Of a stretch of 64,000 nucleotides of DNA, positions 61,160 to 64,000 are shown piece by piece (position 1 is the first letter of the stretch; every line of letters begins with the position of its first letter). Source of the stretch: Amphiscolops sp. MND2022 (Eukaryota). Position numbers and translations under genes: made by a program. The notes beneath the pieces were generated by a model. It had not been told where the DNA came from and searched no databases. It saw only the letters and a list, made by a program, of their open reading frames with translations. The stretch is from NCBI GenBank assembly GCA_964187785.1, contig OZ076410.1, positions 42,904,001 through 42,968,000 of the forward strand, written 5' to 3'.

Positions 61160-61320
61160 TAACTAAGTTAATGTTTTTGTTTTAAAATAAGCTATAAGCT
61201 GTTCCGCTTCCTTTTCGACTTGATAGTGTGCCACCTTTTGATAGATATATTGAAGATGACGTGGAAAATATTGATCACACAAGGCATTTACAAACTGGGC
61301 ATGTATTCCTTTTTTGTCTA
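61160..61320 (-). mobile_element. Second copy of the CR1/L2-like LINE segment at the start of ORF2
   Basis: Aligns with 54078-54254 (TAACTAA.TTAATGTTTTTGT; GACTTGATAGT; GTGGAAAATATT..CACACAAGGCATTTACAA.CTGGGCAT). Confidence 0.8.
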
Positions 61321-62378
61321 TTTTTTGATGAAAAAAAAAACATTTTCAAACGAAAAGGACAGACGAATAAGAAAGGCATTTGAACATGCTGTCGCAAAAA
61401 TTCTAGTTTGATGTGCTTCTCTAAAATGAAGAAACTGGAACTATATTTTTTGACAGCTTTTAATTAAATCAAAACATGTTTATTTTACAGTTTCTATAGT
61501 TTGTAAGAGAAATTATTGCAGGAGTATAATCACACTCATCTTTAGTTTAAGTGAAAAACTAACGGGTTAGTCAAGATGCTCTCAGAGCTATTGAACATTG
61601 GCTACATAATCAACCAATGTACATGCTTAAGTAATCCGATGAAATCGTTTCTTCTTTCATCTAACCCTAAACTGTGTCACAGGTCTCTTGTTGTTTATTT
61701 TGAATTGATTACTCTAACTAATAAGGATTAATTTTTATATCTTTAATCAACTAAAATGTCCATCACAGTGATCATACGAGATTTGTCTGAAATTTCTTTC
61801 ATGTTAACCAAAATGTCTGAGCACTCTGTCTTCATCTAATGTTAAGAGGTCAATCTACTAAAAACGGGATTTAACGACAGGTCGCCGTCATGTTAGACAG
61901 AGTCTCTCGTTCTGTGATTGCTCAACTTTTGAATCAACCTTGAAAATCCTGTAAAAACCAAGGACACATTTGTGGAGTTTATTTCGGTCAGGCTTTATAA
62001 AATATTTTTCATAAACTGCGATTATCGCAGCACATTGCAACACGGTAGAGAAAAGGCTAGCGTTAGGAATATAGTGCAAATTTGGTCGAAAGACTGGCTT
62101 AGAAGCATTTCAATCTGCGAGAATGCAGCGCCAATGATTATTGACAAAAAGTGAGCAATGGGAATGTGAGGATATTTACCCCTTTGGCTGCCGGTCGCAA
62201 AGTGGAAAGAGAAATGTAAATAATGGGGAAATAAGAGGAGAAAAGCTGAATATTTGTCATGAGGATGGGGACACAGAAGGGACAAGAAGAAAGAGGAGAG
62301 AGCCACAAGTTGTTTAATCTCATCTTATGTTCATATAAGGAACTGTGTCCATCATCGCTATACTTATTCGTATCTAAG

Positions 62379-62399
62379 GTAGTAGTAGTAGTAGTAGTA
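62379..62399 (+). repeat. (GTA)7 microsatellite
   Basis: Perfect run read directly from the sequence. Confidence 0.97.
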
Positions 62400-62811
62400 T
62401 TTAAAGGTATTAGCAGTCGATGGTAAGATAGCATGACACCGAGTCACCGTAGCAGAAGCAACCCGGACGGAGAACAAACGAGACAGGGCAGAAGTCAGTT
62501 GGCCAAGTCAGTTAGTGGCATGTTGCAGGAGCGAAGACCAGCCGGTGACGCTTTCTTCCGCCAGTAGCCGGAGGTGTGCGAGCTTATGGCTACAGTCATC
62601 GTGTTGTGGACAACGTCATAATGAGTTAATTAACTAGCTTCTTCTTTTACGCCCATTTGCTCCCATTTTCCAATATCGGCAGCTAAATGCAAAGCAACAT
62701 TCCCGCCATCTTCCCAATTCTGTTCTCCATCCGGTCTTTGTTGCTCCTACGGTGAGAGTCCTACTAAACGGAATAATCTCTGCCCCCTACTCTGTATCCC
62801 TTATAACCTAC

Positions 62812-62979
62812 CCAAGGAGGCTGTGCTGTGTCATCAAGCATGTTTGTCTTAGTTATACCTACTAACCAGCCATAGTCACGTGAGGTTAGTGCTGAGATAT
62901 GATGAAAGATAATTGCATGTTCAACTCCAACTACAACATTGCATTTGTACTCTTGAGGTGATCCGTCCACAAGTGGCAA
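62812..62979 (-). CDS. Candidate host exon (56 codons, phase 0-0), product unknown
   Basis: Acceptor TTGATTAG| and donor TGG|GTAGGT flank the only open frame, LPLVDGSPQEYKCNVVVGVEHAIIFHHISALTSRDYGWLVGITKTNMLDDTAQPPW; it lies in non-repetitive sequence. Confidence 0.3.
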
Positions 62980-63032
62980 CTAATCAACAGGCAAATTGGA
63001 ACACCTCAGTCAGCCACCCAAAATCTTATCCG

Positions 63033-63467
63033 CTGGGGTGTGGGATTTTCAGACCGTGGACCGAAACCCGTAGTGCCAAAGCGTAACCCGTAGACCGTAG
63101 TTGTGAGAAAAGCGAACCGTACACATTTCTGAGAAATACGAGCGAGTTGTTTTATACTTTAAACAGCAGTGTTTCTAAGAAAAATTTCACCATCACTTGC
63201 CGAGGATTTCGATAATCACAACCTGAACTTGTCTATTCTCAAATAAAAGCGTCCTTATTAGGCTATATTTGCAGAGGGCGTTCCTTCAATTGCCATTTTG
63301 GGGCAAGGAAGATGGGTGCTTTGATAAAATAACCAAAACTTTGATGAAGAAGTTTGGATATTTCTGGAGCAAACGTGTTTTTTCAAACCGTACCCTGAAA
63401 CCGTAAACCGTAGACGATAACCCGTAAACCGTACTTTCAATTCAACCCGTACGGTTCCACAACCCAA
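63033..63467. mobile_element. hAT-like MITE (435 bp)
   Basis: TIRs CTGGGGTGTGG vs TTGGGTTGTGG (9/11); 8-bp target-site duplication CTTATCCG (63025-63032) / CTTATCTG (63468-63475); clustered ACCGT/CCCGT motifs near both ends. Confidence 0.75.
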
Positions 63468-64000
63468 CTTATCTGCTGTAAATCACCGCCAAAAATAGTT
63501 GTATTCGTCAATAAACCCAAGTACATTTGTATGAAACATTCAGTTCACTACCACTCATGAAGTTACTGAATGTTAATGAATGATGTATCAAAACACAGAA
63601 AGTTCGGCAACTTAGGGTTTAGTTTCAAGGTTATTTAGAAAATGAGTTTTTAGGACAGCAAATTATTACCAGACAAACGATAGATACCGCGCCCGTCTAA
63701 AATTTACCATCACTCTTGACTTGAATTGTTCCGACACTGTCTAGTGTTATACAGTACAACTTTTTCTAACAATTATGATCCTGGAAACCTAATAAATACG
63801 AAAAACGGTCAAGACCCTTTACTTCAGCTGTGATGAAAGTGAATCGTGAACAACTACATGTAGTGTAGGAAATGAGTGTTAGATGTTTTATGAAGAAATA
63901 GTTTCACTGGAGTTAAATCTTGGAGTTTGTTTTAATAACCTTTTGATTGAAGTTCCGCTCTGGAAAAAGATAACACATGATTTTCTTCCTCGCATGATAA

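Noticed and set aside
1-64000. Uni-strand piRNA-cluster-like (flamenco-type) arrangement
   Set aside because: Elements are mixed in orientation (A+, LINE-, Pao+, B-, C+, LINE-, D+), with no strand bias.
1-64000. CRISPR arrays, rRNA, tRNA or prokaryotic operons
   Set aside because: No regularly spaced repeat-spacer array or structural RNA signature was seen; the tRNA-like matches are only short PBS sites.

Overview
This is a eukaryotic (animal-like), AT-rich window made almost entirely of nested, decayed transposable elements. No intact host gene, RNA gene or CRISPR array is supportable, and the species cannot be determined from sequence alone. Main contents: (1) three divergent members of one Gypsy (Metaviridae) lineage: A (1-3441,+), B (~29900-37435,-) and C (~39300-50250,+); (2) an I-group LINE (3.5-7.9 kb,-); (3) a 2.46-kb tandem duplication (8.7-13.6 kb); (4) a two-LTR BEL/Pao element (14.1-22.7 kb,+); (5) five copies of a TGTAAC...GTTACA LTR family, two of which bracket a pol-less element D (54255-61159); (6) a CR1/L2-like LINE split by D; (7) a hAT-like MITE; (8) a few candidate host exons. 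The most interesting signal is the coding extension that all three Gypsy elements carry after integrase: a Pro/Ser/Arg-rich linker, a conserved YxCGxCGxR[ND]CxC motif, and a conserved ~230-aa domain I do not recognise. In A and C this continues into a degenerate Poa1p/TARG1-type macro domain. In B it switches, right after the shared ISYxxTDxLQ strand, to an unrelated ~1100-codon region containing an SGNH-hydrolase-like fold. This suggests a modular cargo cassette at the position where chromoviruses carry a chromodomain. Domain assignments come from motif recognition by eye and need HMM or structure confirmation.
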